DNA from: Tubiluchus corallicola
Lineage: Eukaryota; Animalia; Priapulida
DNA: 64,000 nucleotides
Reading direction: 5' to 3'
Assembly (NCBI GenBank): GCA_030141605.1
Contig: JAQGDQ010000450.1
Span: 124,001 to 188,000, forward strand
Shown here: in pieces, positions 41,381 to 57,874 of the stretch
How positions within the stretch are numbered: the stretch's first letter is position 1
How the letters are laid out: each line of letters opens with the position of its first letter
Notes under the pieces: model-generated
The model's database searches: none
Seen by the model: only the letters and a program-made list of their open reading frames with translations
Told to the model about the DNA's origin: nothing
Program-made: the position numbers and the translations under genes

Positions 41381-43714
41381 TTTCACAGATTTACAGTTTA
41401 ACTTGCAGGTAAATTGACTGTTTAGTTTCGCCTTTGTGTTGAATGCACATAGGTGGCTTTGATTAAGAATGAACATTTAAGAATGAGCACTGCCACATGG
41501 GCCCATAGTTCACATGGCTAGAGCTTACAAGTGCTGATCCAGTTCAAATCCCAATAGAGTCACTGTTTTCTGCTCATCTCATTAGCTGTTAGGTAAACTC
41601 TTGTTGTTTATTGCAAACCATTAAGTTTATTAGTTCTTATCACAGTTAATGCCGTTATATGTTACAAAATATTTAAAAAAGGCTTTTAGTAGTTTCATTA
41701 GAAACCTGCTCAGCTTTGTTAGCCAGTTATAACAAAATCGGATGACAGATTACACAAACTAATGCTACCACTTTGACAGAACCACCCCAAAGCAGCTTGT
41801 AATTTCATGAAAGAGATGAAAACTTGTAGCCTCTTCCCTGTCATTTCCTTCTGGTACAGCATAATATGCTAGATGTTATCGTTAATTCCGATTAGGAATG
41901 TAATTCAGTGAAATTGCCTCTTAAATTTTTAACCAGCTTACTTATGTTATTCTTAAAAAAAGATAGAAATGTTCATTCAACTATCATTTGTAAGACGGTC
42001 AGCTGAACAACACTGGTACTCTTGTACTGCGTTGCTATGTGCTTGAGTCCAACTACATCAAATTATTTACGTACTTGTGGATTCATTCTATTTTTTGTAA
42101 GAATTAGTTTTCTGCAACTACACATACATATCCTTTTAACTAGATTACCTTCATACTAGCTAGTAAAGCATTTTGCAAAAAAACAAATTTAAATCGATTT
42201 TGTTATTACTAAAGGCATAAAAAACGCGCGCATGAAGAACGACATTGTAACCTAGGGTTACAATAAAAAAGGGAAAGTAAAGTATATAATATAAACATGA
42301 AATATAAAATACATAATAATGAATGTGTCAGAGACAGGATTTAGCTTTCGATTTTCTTCATGTAGCAAAGAAGGTTTTAAATAATAACATTAACTATTTT
42401 CTAATAAAGAAAGAGACGATAATTATTTGATAAATAATGAAATCAAGAAAAAAAACTAAAAATGTAAGCAGCATTTCTATTAATCACAATTCAATCAGTT
42501 TACAATCTACTACATTAGTTTTCTATGTACCAATAGAGTCTATTGGTGTTCATTACATTTTTCTTTTCTTTATGTAAGACACCCTCACATAATTCTACAG
42601 CACTTCGTTATTTTTTACTTCGTTTATTTTTATTATTTACACAGTGAATTTTCTGAACTTGAAACAGACACCGAAAACTCTAACAACAACGTAAAAAACA
42701 CCAGGGACAGTGCATCTAAAAATTGCCTTTGGGACAATTAAGTAAGTTTCTAATTTAGTAAGTTTCCTTAGCAAATCTTTTAACAATACATTATTCTACT
42801 AAAATCAGCCCACTAGAAGAGTCATCATCACTATTAATACACACATGCCACGTGAATCAAAAGCCGATAATGTGCATCATGATCATCATTTGGGCATTTT
42901 GTTTTTGGTTGAGTTTAAGCAAATATCAGTATTTTCACTAACTAATGCATTCGTTAACAGATGTGACTCCGTTAAACTGTTCCTCCCATATTTAACCTAA
43001 GAAAAAGACATGCTTTTTGTATTCTGTGAGACTGTTTTAGTTCCTCAGTTCCACAACGAAATTGGAATGTTCCAAAAGTAAAAGAACTAAATTGGCATTT
43101 ACTTAGCATCCGGGTGCGTATGCTTATTGGGGGTGCCGAATAGATAAAATCGGTTTACTGGATTAGTTTTAATACTCAACAACAAGAGCGGAATGCTCCA
43201 AAACTAGCAAAAAAGAGACATGGCAGTTTATTGCTGCACCGGACGACTTTGACTCAATTTGACACAACATTGAATGCATTCGTTTTCTTGTTGTTGCAAA
43301 TCAAAAAATCTGCCTGTAATTTGACACTTCTTTTTATTAGCAGACAGGTATCTCCAAAAGACTACTGAAAGCGGTGTTTTTTAATGACACTTGCATGCTT
43401 TTTTGTTTGCTTTTCTTTCATTTTTATTTGTCTTACCAGCATAAAAACCACGAGTGACAACAATGAACTATAATGACAGCACACGAAATTGATCTACTGC
43501 TTTCAGTTTGTGACAGAGTTTGTTTAGAGTTGCACAAAAAGACACCCAAAACAAAGAAGAAATATTTATCTACTAGTGTTGAAAGAGCATAATATTAATT
43601 AGCAAATAGCCTGTGTGACAAGCTATTTGCTAATAAATATTATGCTCTTTTAAGCTTAGTGTTTACAGTCGAGACAAAAGCAAAATATCGTGACAAAGGC
43701 TTTCAGTGCCGAAC

Positions 43715-43825
43715 TGCAGAGAAATTTCCATACAGACGCTGCTGCTTGTCGTTTGTAGTTTTACTCTTGAGTGTTTCATAATAGAATCACTGTATTATCA
43801 AGTAAAGCATTACATAAATGCGTAG
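43715..43825 (+). pseudogene. Collapsed IR-like unit (array unit 2): 5' end joined directly to the 3' end
   Basis: 43775-43825 is nearly identical to the last ~50 nt of the intact CDS (TTCATAATAGAATCACTGTATTATC.AGTAAAGCATTACATAAAT.CGTAG). It is preceded by sequence resembling the signal-peptide start, and both flanks match the flanks of the other units. Confidence 0.7.
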
Positions 43826-44877
43826 CTTAAGTTACAAATAAATTGAATAGTAAGCTTCACCTTTCTATTTAATCGTCATGGTGAATGTGTGCTGCAAGGA
43901 AAATTGAGGTCTATTCTACCATATGTGCTTCTAGTTGAATGTGGTTAGAGCTTCTTACTTTGTGTTATTTTGCTATTCTAATCATCAGGTTATATATATA
44001 TATATATATATATAAGTCGTTATGAGTTATTACTGTTTTAGCTTGACAAAGATACGAACCAGTTGTATAGATACGACAGCACCTCTCTACTTTGTACAAC
44101 GATAGATTATAACAAAGTAGTCTATTTCACCACTTATGTATCTATTTTATTATAGTTAAGATATGAATAATAATTTGCTACATAATCATCTTTTGTGCAT
44201 TTTGTTTTGGGTTGTGTTCAGTTGAATATCGGTATTTTCACTAACTAGAGCATTCATTAAAAAAAACCACAGCTTATGTTTATCCTATAGTGAATCTACG
44301 CAAAATGCTACCTTTTCGTAGTCCACTAGACATTTAGTTCGTTCCCATGCTCCATAACAAGACTGGGACACTCCAAGACTAGGGGAATTTAATGCTGCAG
44401 ATGTTATTTTTCCTCCTTTGGCACAAACACCATATAGTTCATTATTGTAGTTGACCGACACTGAAAGAACTTATTGTTCTAAAATGAAAAAAGTTGCTTT
44501 ATGTTCATGTTTTTAATGTTGCCTATATTAACAGACATGCCTTTTCTAAAAATTAGTTTTGGCAGTGATGTCATTTTATACGTTTCTACCATTATGTTGG
44601 CTTTGCGTGCATGAAAGACATAAGCGAGAACAATGAAACATAAAGGTTGGTAAACAAATTTATCCCATAATTTTCAATTTGTGACGAAGAGGTATTTGTA
44701 GTAGCAAACAAAAACCAAAACAAAAGTTATATCATGCTACTAATAACAATGTAAACCTGCAAATTTTAATAAACATTAACAACAGTAATGTTGGAACAGG
44801 AAAGACAAAGCAAACTAGAGCAGGACAAATGCCTTTACTTCTGATCACAACTGCAAGTAATTCAGAGTTGCAGTGAA

Positions 44878-46284
44878 ATGGTATTCAGACAGACACTGTT
44901 CTTTCTTGCTTGCGTCATTACTCTTCAGTTTTTGGAAATATTTTGCATCAGTGAGGGCAAAACCAAACTGGACAAACAGCGAATTGTCACTCAGGTCAAG
45001 CACCTGAGGAACAAAAAGGGCAGCATTCAAAAAGGATATGTGGGACTTCATGAAAACAGATGGAATACACAGGACTACTCACTTAAAGGTGCTCATCTTG
45101 CAGTCGGGATCTGGGACGATGATCCCACTGCACTTTTCACGATTGATGTAGTACTGTTACTGAGTAATGTATTAAACTTTAGCTTTAACATAAACGTTAT
45201 TGAAGCTTTAGAAACTCCAGAAATTGTGGCTGAAAAGGCTGAGGTAGACATATTTGGACTGGTGACAATACTTCGCGAAAGAATGAAATACATGACTTTT
45301 CTGCATCCAATCACATATTGGCCACAAGTGTTCATTACAAAGCGGAATAAGTTGCAAGGATTCAACTTAACAGACCCTTTCAGCACTCCGGTCTGGTTAC
45401 TTCTGATAACATTCGGGCTCTTAGCTGGACCAATAATCTACTGTTTTGATTGTGAAACAAAGACGACAAATAATGAAAATTATTTTAATCAAATAAACTG
45501 CAGGCCTACTAAGACACGCATAACGTACTACATTCAATATACCCTAGCCTCATTTCTGCAGCAAGGTGGGACTTACTTACCTCAGCGTTTCGCAGCTCAG
45601 ATTATTACTGGATGTTGGTGGCTGTTTGTTATTATTTTAATTGCCATGTACACAGGAACACTGGTCAGTAAGCTATTTGTAAGCAAGCAACACCACGTGT
45701 TCTCTACTTTGCAAGAATTAGTAGACAGTGACATTGTTCCTGTAACTATTGGAGACTTTGCTTCTACTTCTATTTTAAAAAACAGCCAACCTGATACAGA
45801 TTATAACAAGCTGTGGAAGAAAATGGAAAATGACAAGAACGTGCCTGTGGGTGATGCAGCAACAGCATTAGATATTACGGCTACAGGACGGTATACATAT
45901 TTTCGCTCTGGAATGTTTGCAAAGTTAGATTTTGTCAAAGATTTCAAATTATATCGAAGCTGTAGATTCTCTATAGCACCAGTCACCACAGCACCATTTC
46001 AAACATCGTTTGCAGTCCCAAGAAAAAGTATTTATGCAGAGGCACTAAACTTCGGCTTCGCTATATTACTGCAAAGTGGCATGATAAATCAGCTGTTAGA
46101 AGAAATGCTTCGTCCAGCGCAACAGTGTTTGGACACACCCACTCAAGCTGTAAAAGTACAAGCAATTGCTGTGGAACAGCTTAATGCTGTATTCTGGTTA
46201 ATTCTTCTTGGAATGAGCATTGCACTTTTTACTTTCATAATAGAATCACTGTATTATCGAGTAAAGCATTACATAAATCCGTAG
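44878..46284 (+). CDS. Intronless ionotropic receptor (IR)-like / variant ionotropic glutamate receptor, 468 aa
   Basis: Signal peptide; S1 lobe ending TILRERMKYMTFLHP; pre-M1/M1 PFSTPVWLLL; pore loop SFLQQG; M3 IITGCWWLFVIILIAMYTGTLVSKL (compare SYTANLAAFL); S2 with TLQELV and FAVPRKS..EALN..LLQSGMI; M4 VFWLILLGMSIALFTFIIE. No amino-terminal domain. Confidence 0.88.
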   Translation: MVFRQTLFFLACVITLQFLEIFCISEGKTKLDKQRIVTQVKHLRNKKGSIQKGYVGLHENRWNTQDYSLKGAHLAVGIWDDDPTALFTIDVVLLLSNVLNFSFNINVIEALETPEIVAEKAEVDIFGLVTILRERMKYMTFLHPITYWPQVFITKRNKLQGFNLTDPFSTPVWLLLITFGLLAGPIIYCFDCETKTTNNENYFNQINCRPTKTRITYYIQYTLASFLQQGGTYLPQRFAAQIITGCWWLFVIILIAMYTGTLVSKLFVSKQHHVFSTLQELVDSDIVPVTIGDFASTSILKNSQPDTDYNKLWKKMENDKNVPVGDAATALDITATGRYTYFRSGMFAKLDFVKDFKLYRSCRFSIAPVTTAPFQTSFAVPRKSIYAEALNFGFAILLQSGMINQLLEEMLRPAQQCLDTPTQAVKVQAIAVEQLNAVFWLILLGMSIALFTFIIESLYYRVKHYINP

Positions 46285-47314
46285 CTTAAGTTAGAAACAA
46301 ATCGATAAATTAGCGTCGCTTTTCCATTTAATGAGCATGCTGAATTTGCGCTGCAAGGAGAATTGATGCCTATTCTACCACATGTGCTTGTAGCATTGTG
46401 ACCCAAGTACAATGTGGCTCTGTAGTTTACCCAGCTTTGATTTAAAATAACCAGGCTATAAAAACCGTCATCATTTATTACAGTTTTAGCTTGACGACGA
46501 TGTGAATCTATTTGTTACACACACAATAGCACTTGTGTAGTGTGAACAGCGATAGATTTTAATAAAATAGAGCATATTTCACCCTTATGCCGTCTATTTT
46601 ATTGTGATTAAGATACGAATAAAAAGTAGATAATTTGCTACATAATCATCTTTTGTGCATTTCGTCTTTGTTTGTGTTCAGTTGACTATCAGTATTTTTG
46701 CCTACTAAAGCATTCATTAAAAGCCAAGACTTATGTTAATCCTATACTAAATCTAAGCAAAATGATCTCTTTTTGTATTCCGTGCAACAGATTTAGTTCC
46801 TATGCTCTACAACAAGACTGGGATGCTCCAAGAGTAGAGGAATTTAATGTGCCAGATGTTATTTTTCTTTTTTGTATAAACACCACACAGCTTATTATTG
46901 GAGTTGTCTGGTAATGAAAGAACTTACTGATCTAACATGCAAAAAGTAGCTTTTATGTTAACGTTTCCTTTATTAGGAGACATGCTTTTTGTAGACTTTT
47001 CTTGTAGCAGTGTTTACTTAATAACATTCGCATGCCATTTTTATACGTTTCTGCCATTTTGCTGGCTTGCGTGCACGAAAGACACGAATAAGAACAATAA
47101 ACTATAAAGGTTAGTAAACAAATTTCTCCCATAATTTTTAATTTGTGAAAAAGAGAGTAGTTGCAAAGAAAAACCAAGACAGAAATGATAGCTAGCTACT
47201 ATTAGCAATATTAATCGGCAAATTTTAATCGATATTAACAACAGTAACGTGAGAACAGGAAAGATAAAAGCAAACGAGAGAAGACAAATGCCAGTAGTTC
47301 TGAACAAGAGTGCA

Positions 47315-48205
47315 AGTAATCCACACACAGACTGTTCTTTCTTGTTTTCATTGTTATACGTCAATTTTTGGAAATATTTTTCATCAGGGTGTGCACAAGC
47401 AAACTGGACAAAAAGCGAAAAGGCATTCAGGTTAAACACCTCACAAATCAAAAGGACAACATTCAAAAAGAAAGTGTGGCACTTCTTATAAACAATAAGG
47501 ATGCGCAGGAATACACGCTTAAAGGTGGTCACCTGCACTGGGAATCTGGGATGGCGATCCTGCAGCACATTTAATGAAAGATGTCATGATGATATTAAGT
47601 AATGCACTAAATTTTAGCTTTAATGTGAAAACCATTGGAGTTTTAGAAAGTACAAAAACGGTGGCTGAAAACGTGAGATATATTTGAACTGCTGACACCA
47701 CTCCGAGAAAGAACGGAATATTTGACTTTTCCACATCCAATTGCATATTCACCATACGTGTTCATTACAAAACCGAACGGACTACAAGGATTAAATTTAA
47801 CAGACCCTTTCAGCACTCTTATTTGGTTACTACTGATAACATACGGGCATTTTGGTTGGACAAATAACATACTGTCTGGGTTTTGAAACAAAGACGACAA
47901 GGAATGAAAATGATTTAAATCTAGTAAACTGCAGGTCTACTAAGACAGGCACAGCATACTATGTTCAATATACCCTAGCCTCATTGGAGCAGCTAGTGGT
48001 AACTTACTTACCCCAGCATTTATCAGCTCAGATTATTAATGGATGTTGGTGACTGTTTGCCATTATCTTAATTGCCGTGTACACAGGAACACTGGTCAGT
48101 GAGCTATTTGTAAGCAAGCAAGAACTCGTAGAAAGGGACTTTGTGAGATTTTGGTGGTACCGCCATCTTAAAAAAAACAGTCCACCTGATACAGATTTAT
48201 ACAAC
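47315..48205 (+). pseudogene. IR-like pseudogene (array unit 4), 3'-truncated
   Basis: Colinear with the first ~65% of the intact gene (YTLKGGHL, DPFSTLIWLLL, YVQYTLAS, YTGTLVSELFVSKQ). No start ATG, several frameshifts, TGG>TGA at 48050-48052; similarity ends near 48205 where a LINE fragment begins. Confidence 0.85.
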
Positions 48206-48420
48206 TTGTTAGAGGAAAATATTATTAAATTTAATGAGTATATGAATAGTGACATCATCTTTATCGGGGATTTTAGCTCTAAAACCAGCACCGAACCAGA
48301 CTGCATAGTGAATGATTACGATACGCATATGCCCTTCCCGCATGACTACATATGTGATGGCTATATGCTCACACTCAGGCAAGTCAGATAAACTCAATTT
48401 ATGTTCAGTAAATGTCGGGG
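48206..48420 (+). mobile_element. LINE endonuclease fragment abutting the truncated IR pseudogene
   Basis: LLEENIIKF..DIIFIGDFSSKT (GDFN-like motif), unrelated to the IR sequence. Confidence 0.6.
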
Positions 48421-48506
48421 ACCGGGCCTCTTAGGTGTAGTTGGTTCATATCTTTTCAGCTTTTACTTGCAAGTCCTCATTGAGAAATTCCCCGCGTGAT
48501 CCTTTA

Positions 48507-48993
48507 CAGGACCGTCTTAACAACATTAAAGGCCCCCGGGCAAAGCAATGTACTAGGGTCTATACCTGCACAACCACAAAGAGGAATAAAAATTAGATGG
48601 TCAAGAAAATTAAACATAAAACATCCTGTACACCAAAGACTAACCAACACAAACGGTTGAACAATACACAATGAGCCTTGAAAAACAAAAAATTCAACAT
48701 ATTAAATGATACTCAACCTAAACTATGCAGGCAGAGACGGCACTATATGAAATTACAATGAATTATTCATTATTAATCAAGTGTTCAAGACATACATTTG
48801 CGATATTTACTTGCATAGAAATGCTTTATAATTAGCTTGAAGTCAATGGTTTTCAGAATGTCATTTTCCATAGTATAGTATAGTATTTATTTACTGACAG
48901 CAAGTCACAACATACGTGGATTATCATAGGACACCTGCGCTCGTGGGTCCCCCTGGCAACTGCCCAGCGTGCCCATGCATTATGACAGCCCTG
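48507..48993. mobile_element. hAT-derived non-autonomous element
   Basis: TIRs CAGGACCGTCTTAA ... TTATGACAGCCCTG; minus-strand ENDILKTIDFKLII resembles a hAT transposase C-terminus. Confidence 0.7.
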
Positions 48994-49517
48994 ATTCTCG
49001 AATCTTATATTACAGTGTACTCCTTCTAATGTATGCTGACGGTGTTACGTTTGCGTGGCTAGGTTGATCTTATAACTTAGCGACAGTAATAGATAGAGAT
49101 CGTTGCTTGCTGATGCCAATTTGAAATTCTTTGACAACAAGAATAAAGAAATATTATTGACTTAAACGGAGGCAGCACTGGGTGCAGTTTTCTGAAATGT
49201 TATTCTCAAGAACCATTAGTTAATGACCATTAGCACGGATGTTGACATTTCCTATAATGGCGGCCGGCTTCTTGTCCAATTTACAAAACTCTTCTGCAGC
49301 TGCTACTACTGTTTTATACTCCCAGAAGGTAGCACAGCAACAGTCTGATAATAGGGTCCACCTGGAGTTTCGCACTTTCAATAACTAAAGATGGCTGGCA
49401 ACAGGTAGTCACGTGTTCACCACAAAGGTGGGAAGTATCCAAGTTGACTAGTTTGTCGAGTAGCCTAGACAGTTGATCTGACTTAACCTGAAAAGACTAG
49501 TTCACGAAGGAAGCAAC

Positions 49518-53150
<3,633 letters not shown>

Positions 53151-53588
53151 GTCGCCGCCATGCACAGTCAGACTGAATGAAAATATCTAAAATATTGTTT
53201 AAATCACGAAAAAACAAAATAAAGCAATTTTAATTAATTTTTTATCTTTCTTGTTTTTATTTTTCTAGAACGTAAAAAATTTCTTGTAAGAGGTATGCAA
53301 AACTGTACTTAAATGGGTTCGTTGCTTAGCATGCTGATGCTTTTTCATTTAATTAATGGATAAAAATCTAATAAAACATAGTTAAAATGGGCTTTTCTGC
53401 CCTTTTCTACGTATTTGGCATTGAGAATTTGTAAAGACTACGAGAATTTTAATACCCCATGATGAGCTGCGACCACAACCACCTATGAGTCTCAAGGCAG
53501 GGGGGGGCACAATTGTAACTCCTTAAACAGAAAGAAAAGGCAGTTTTGAGGTACGTCCCATAAAAGTTTCAATATAAAGTTATATTTC

Positions 53589-53845
<257 letters not shown>

Positions 53846-55324
53846 GATATATAGATAGACATATATTTCAAATAGATAAGGATATTTATGTATATACGCT
53901 TATCTATTTGAAATACTTAGATAATTGCAAAAGAAAATTCTTAAGAACTTAAAATGTTCGTGCCATCAGGTAAAATATTACTGCATCTCCATCCCAGTGT
54001 GCACCTGGCTCACCAAAAAACACATTATTGATTTTACTGGCAAGAAAAAGTTATTTAAACTTCTCGTTGGTTTGGGAAGAGTGTGCTCTGATTATCTTTT
54101 TAAACTTTACACAATGTTATCTATTGCGAATAACTTCTCCTGCAAAAATACATCATTTTTACTAACGCAAGCTATGTGTGGCAGTATGTTAGTGATATAA
54201 AATGTCAAGACGAATTTTTTAAGCTTTATGCTTTCTTGTGCTTTAATGAAGTGTTTGCAACAAGACCAGTGTTATGGTTGTGAAGATAGTGAAACTAGTG
54301 AAATGTATAAACGTGGAAAAGAAACATTAATGTTTCAAAAATTTTCTGACGAAAAGGCTGGATAAGTGCATGTACACGAAAAATGTGCAACGGAAATTGC
54401 AGCAATTTTGATTAGTTTTGAAGACCTTGGAGGCCTTAATGTACAATAGGATCATCAATTCAATTAGAAATTACATGAACATAAGGTAGGGTACAAGAGC
54501 ATGTTTACTAGTAGGCTAACTATGCTATAGCCTAGGGTGCCAAATTTTAAGGGTGGCAGATTTTAGGGGCCCAGCGCTAAAAATTCTTTCATATTCATAT
54601 GAAGCGCGCATTTTGTAATATACCACAAGAAGTTACTGATAAAGTTTTTATATAAAATCCATGCCACAATCCAGTATAATTATTACATAAAAGCTAAAAG
54701 GTACTACACCACAAGCATTTTGCGAAATGCTCAAATATAAATGCTACACGATTATATGTAATTAACAGTAATTACGTACGCAGCTAATAGTTGAACTAAT
54801 ACACCACAAGTAATTATTGTTGCTTTTCACATAAACAACTATAAATCCACAACAGAGAGACACAATACTTGACTATAGTTAATTCACTTTGGCACACTCT
54901 AAATTTTGGGTATTGTTGAACATAAACTTTACATTAAGAGTACTGAGAGTAAAGTTTGTCTAAAAAACAAACCAGTTCACCTACTACATAGAGTGCTTTA
55001 GCAAAATCATAAATTAGCCGTGCAAAGCGTCTTGCCAATCCTGACCAAGGGGTGTGTAGAGGTATTTGAAAACAAGAACTATGCTAAAATAGAATCAACA
55101 AAGCCAGTAACAATTTTAGTTTTAAAGGAACTTTAGTGCTTTCTGCTTCCGTATATCAATACTGCTATTATCACGAAAATCAGAAATATTGTTAGAAACA
55201 ATGATCCAGAGTAACTTTTCGGAACACTAGTAGCCTTAGGAGTAATTTTGTTACTTCCTCGCTTCTCCCTACCCATTGCCCTGCGGGTAAGTGTGCCCAT
55301 TGAATTGTCTGTCTCTGTGGCAAA

Positions 55325-57410
55325 GCAAAACCGGACCCAATCTTAAACTGTAAGTCAAAACAATCAACTCTTTTAAATATTGAAAGGAAACACTGCTTTT
55401 TCAAAAATGACTTACATGAAAAAATTATCACACAAACACAATTTCACATTCGCACGGCTAGTTTTTCGCTGCTGCATACATTCCACCATTTGCTAGTTAG
55501 ACGGGCACTAGCGCCTGCATGTTGGAAACCCATTGCACAAAAAACAGGTGCTGCACCTCTCAGTTCAGATGTGTTATTTTATCACGAACTACACACGTTC
55601 CAAAGCTCATGCGTGAGCACAGCTGTAAATTTGAAATTTGAATTTTTATCTTGAAACTTGTCTACTTTTAGTGCAACACACTGAATATCTTACAGTAACA
55701 CTGCACTTCAATTTCCTCTTTCGCAAACCCCCTCGTGGAATATTTTTGCTGTGGAAAATTATGTTCGTTTGGTTAGATTGTAATATTTGCCATGGGGTGT
55801 GTGAGTCAAACCAAACGACCTGAGATGCGCCCCCTTGTGGAACACAATAGAGACTGCAAGAATCATACATCAGGTTCACCCAGGGGTGAACACTATCGAA
55901 TCAAATCCATTCTGCAGTACCAATCCCTCCATTTAATACAGTTATCCTCTGCTAAAGACCATGTTGAGGCTTTTTGCAGAATTAGTTTATAAAAAACTGA
56001 AACCAAAAATTCCTTTGGATAAAGGATGGCAGCTTTTAAATAATTTTGCTTATTATATTTCGTTTTTCATCAACATTTTTGGATTTTCTTACCTCTGTGT
56101 GTCCTCTGTCTTCCTAAAAACTATCACTAAAACTTTGTATTTATTCTTATTCTTATTCTTTTTACTTTGTTTAATTTAACTTTTTATTTTGGCTTATATA
56201 AATAACTTTATATCAAAACAAGCCAAACATTTATGAAAGTTACTACCCAGTAAAATAAAACAAATAAAATCTCTTCCTCCAGTTTAAAAAGGTTAAGTTC
56301 TCGCTCTCGCTTTCTTTCCCTCTCTCTCGTAAATCAAAAACGTACATTAACAGTTACTTTTGAACATTAATAAGCCAAGTCGAAACAGATATTACAGTAA
56401 CTTCAGAACTCCTTCACGCGTAACGTGCTGACACCTGTTAATCAATTTGAACGGCAATTTATTAAATTTTGCCGCAGATGCTTAATCAAACAGTAGAATT
56501 TTCTAAACTTACTTGAATTAATCAGCAATTTAACAAAAGCTGTCACAGATGATCAGTTATGAATTGGAAATTTTATTTTATACGTGTTGTAATTTTTACA
56601 CTTTTACTTATATTTTATCAGCTTCTGGTAATGAACCACAGATACTTGATTGATACAGCTGGCGCTAGTACAACACAGACACTTGTACCATATTGCTTTT
56701 ATTAATGACAGATTGTAATACTGGCTTTTACATACTACAAACAATTGGGATCACAAAATTTCGAAACTTGATCACATCAAACATGGCAAAGATATTCGGC
56801 AATTGCTTGACATTTTTAAAGGAAGATAGGATGATTTATCATATACTATCCCATTTTCAAGTTCCGATACAAAAAGTATTCATTTTAACACCAGTAATAC
56901 TGGAAAAGCATTTCTGATAGCTATATAACAGATTAAAAACCCAATTACCGGCGGGCGAGCGCAAGTATTGGTGACATCACAAACTAACATAATTTTCGAC
57001 AGCAAAAATATTCCACGAGCGTGTTGCACGTGTTTGCGAAAGAGAGAATTGAAGTACAGTGCTACTGTAAGATATTCAGTGTGTTGTACTAAAACTTGGC
57101 AAGTTTTAAGATAAAAATAAAAATTTTAAATTTACCTCTGTTCACGCATGAGCTATCGAACGTGCGTAGTACGTCACACTGTGAACTGAGAGGTACAGCA
57201 CTCGTTTTTTGTGCAATGCGTTACCGAAATGCACGCGCTAGTGCCCGTCTAATTAGAGAATGGCGAAATGCACTTAACTACTATCGAAGAACTATTAGCG
57301 CCAACGCGAAACTGTGGTCGCAAGTCGTTTTTTAAAAAATAGTATGTTTCCTTTCAATATTTAAGAAGTACATTGTCTTGACCTATAGTTTAACATTGGA
57401 TTCGGTTTTG
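55325..57410. repeat. Two oppositely oriented copies (55325-55785 and 56950-57410) of a ~460-bp interspersed repeat; third copy at about 1866-2300
   Basis: Shared blocks AACATAATTTTC, CACGCATGAGCT, GCGCTAGTRCCCRTCTAA and TTCCTTTCAATATTT in all three copies. Confidence 0.78.
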
Positions 57411-57874
57411 TTCTAACACAAAACGAGACTGAAATAACAAGAATTTTGGATAATAAGATCAACAAACACATCAAATTTTACATCATAAGTTAATTGCAAA
57501 TTTGTAAAAGTGTCAATTGAAAAACGTCAAAATACTTATTGCCATTCTGGTAGTTGCCATGGCGAAGACCTTCAATCTTTGGTTTAAATATAATTTATTG
57601 AAAATGTAACATGTGACTAGGTTTGAAACAGACAGTTAACAACTAATATACGTTCTGCCCTAATGGGAGCGAACGCTAGACAGATGCAGAACAATGGTGA
57701 CCATAACGTACAAAAAATGTTGCAATAAGTTAACACTATTTAAAGCGCTTAGTGTTTAAAATAAAAAAACTACATTAATGCAAAAATTTGAGTGTTCACA
57801 GCATTATCTAGGGTATAGTTCCCGTGCAGGAACAAACGTACAAGGGATTAACTTTGGACGGCTTTGTACACGTG

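Noticed and set aside
47041-47568. 175-aa minus-strand ORF
   Set aside because: Antisense shadow of the IR pseudogene and its upstream flank; no recognisable family features.
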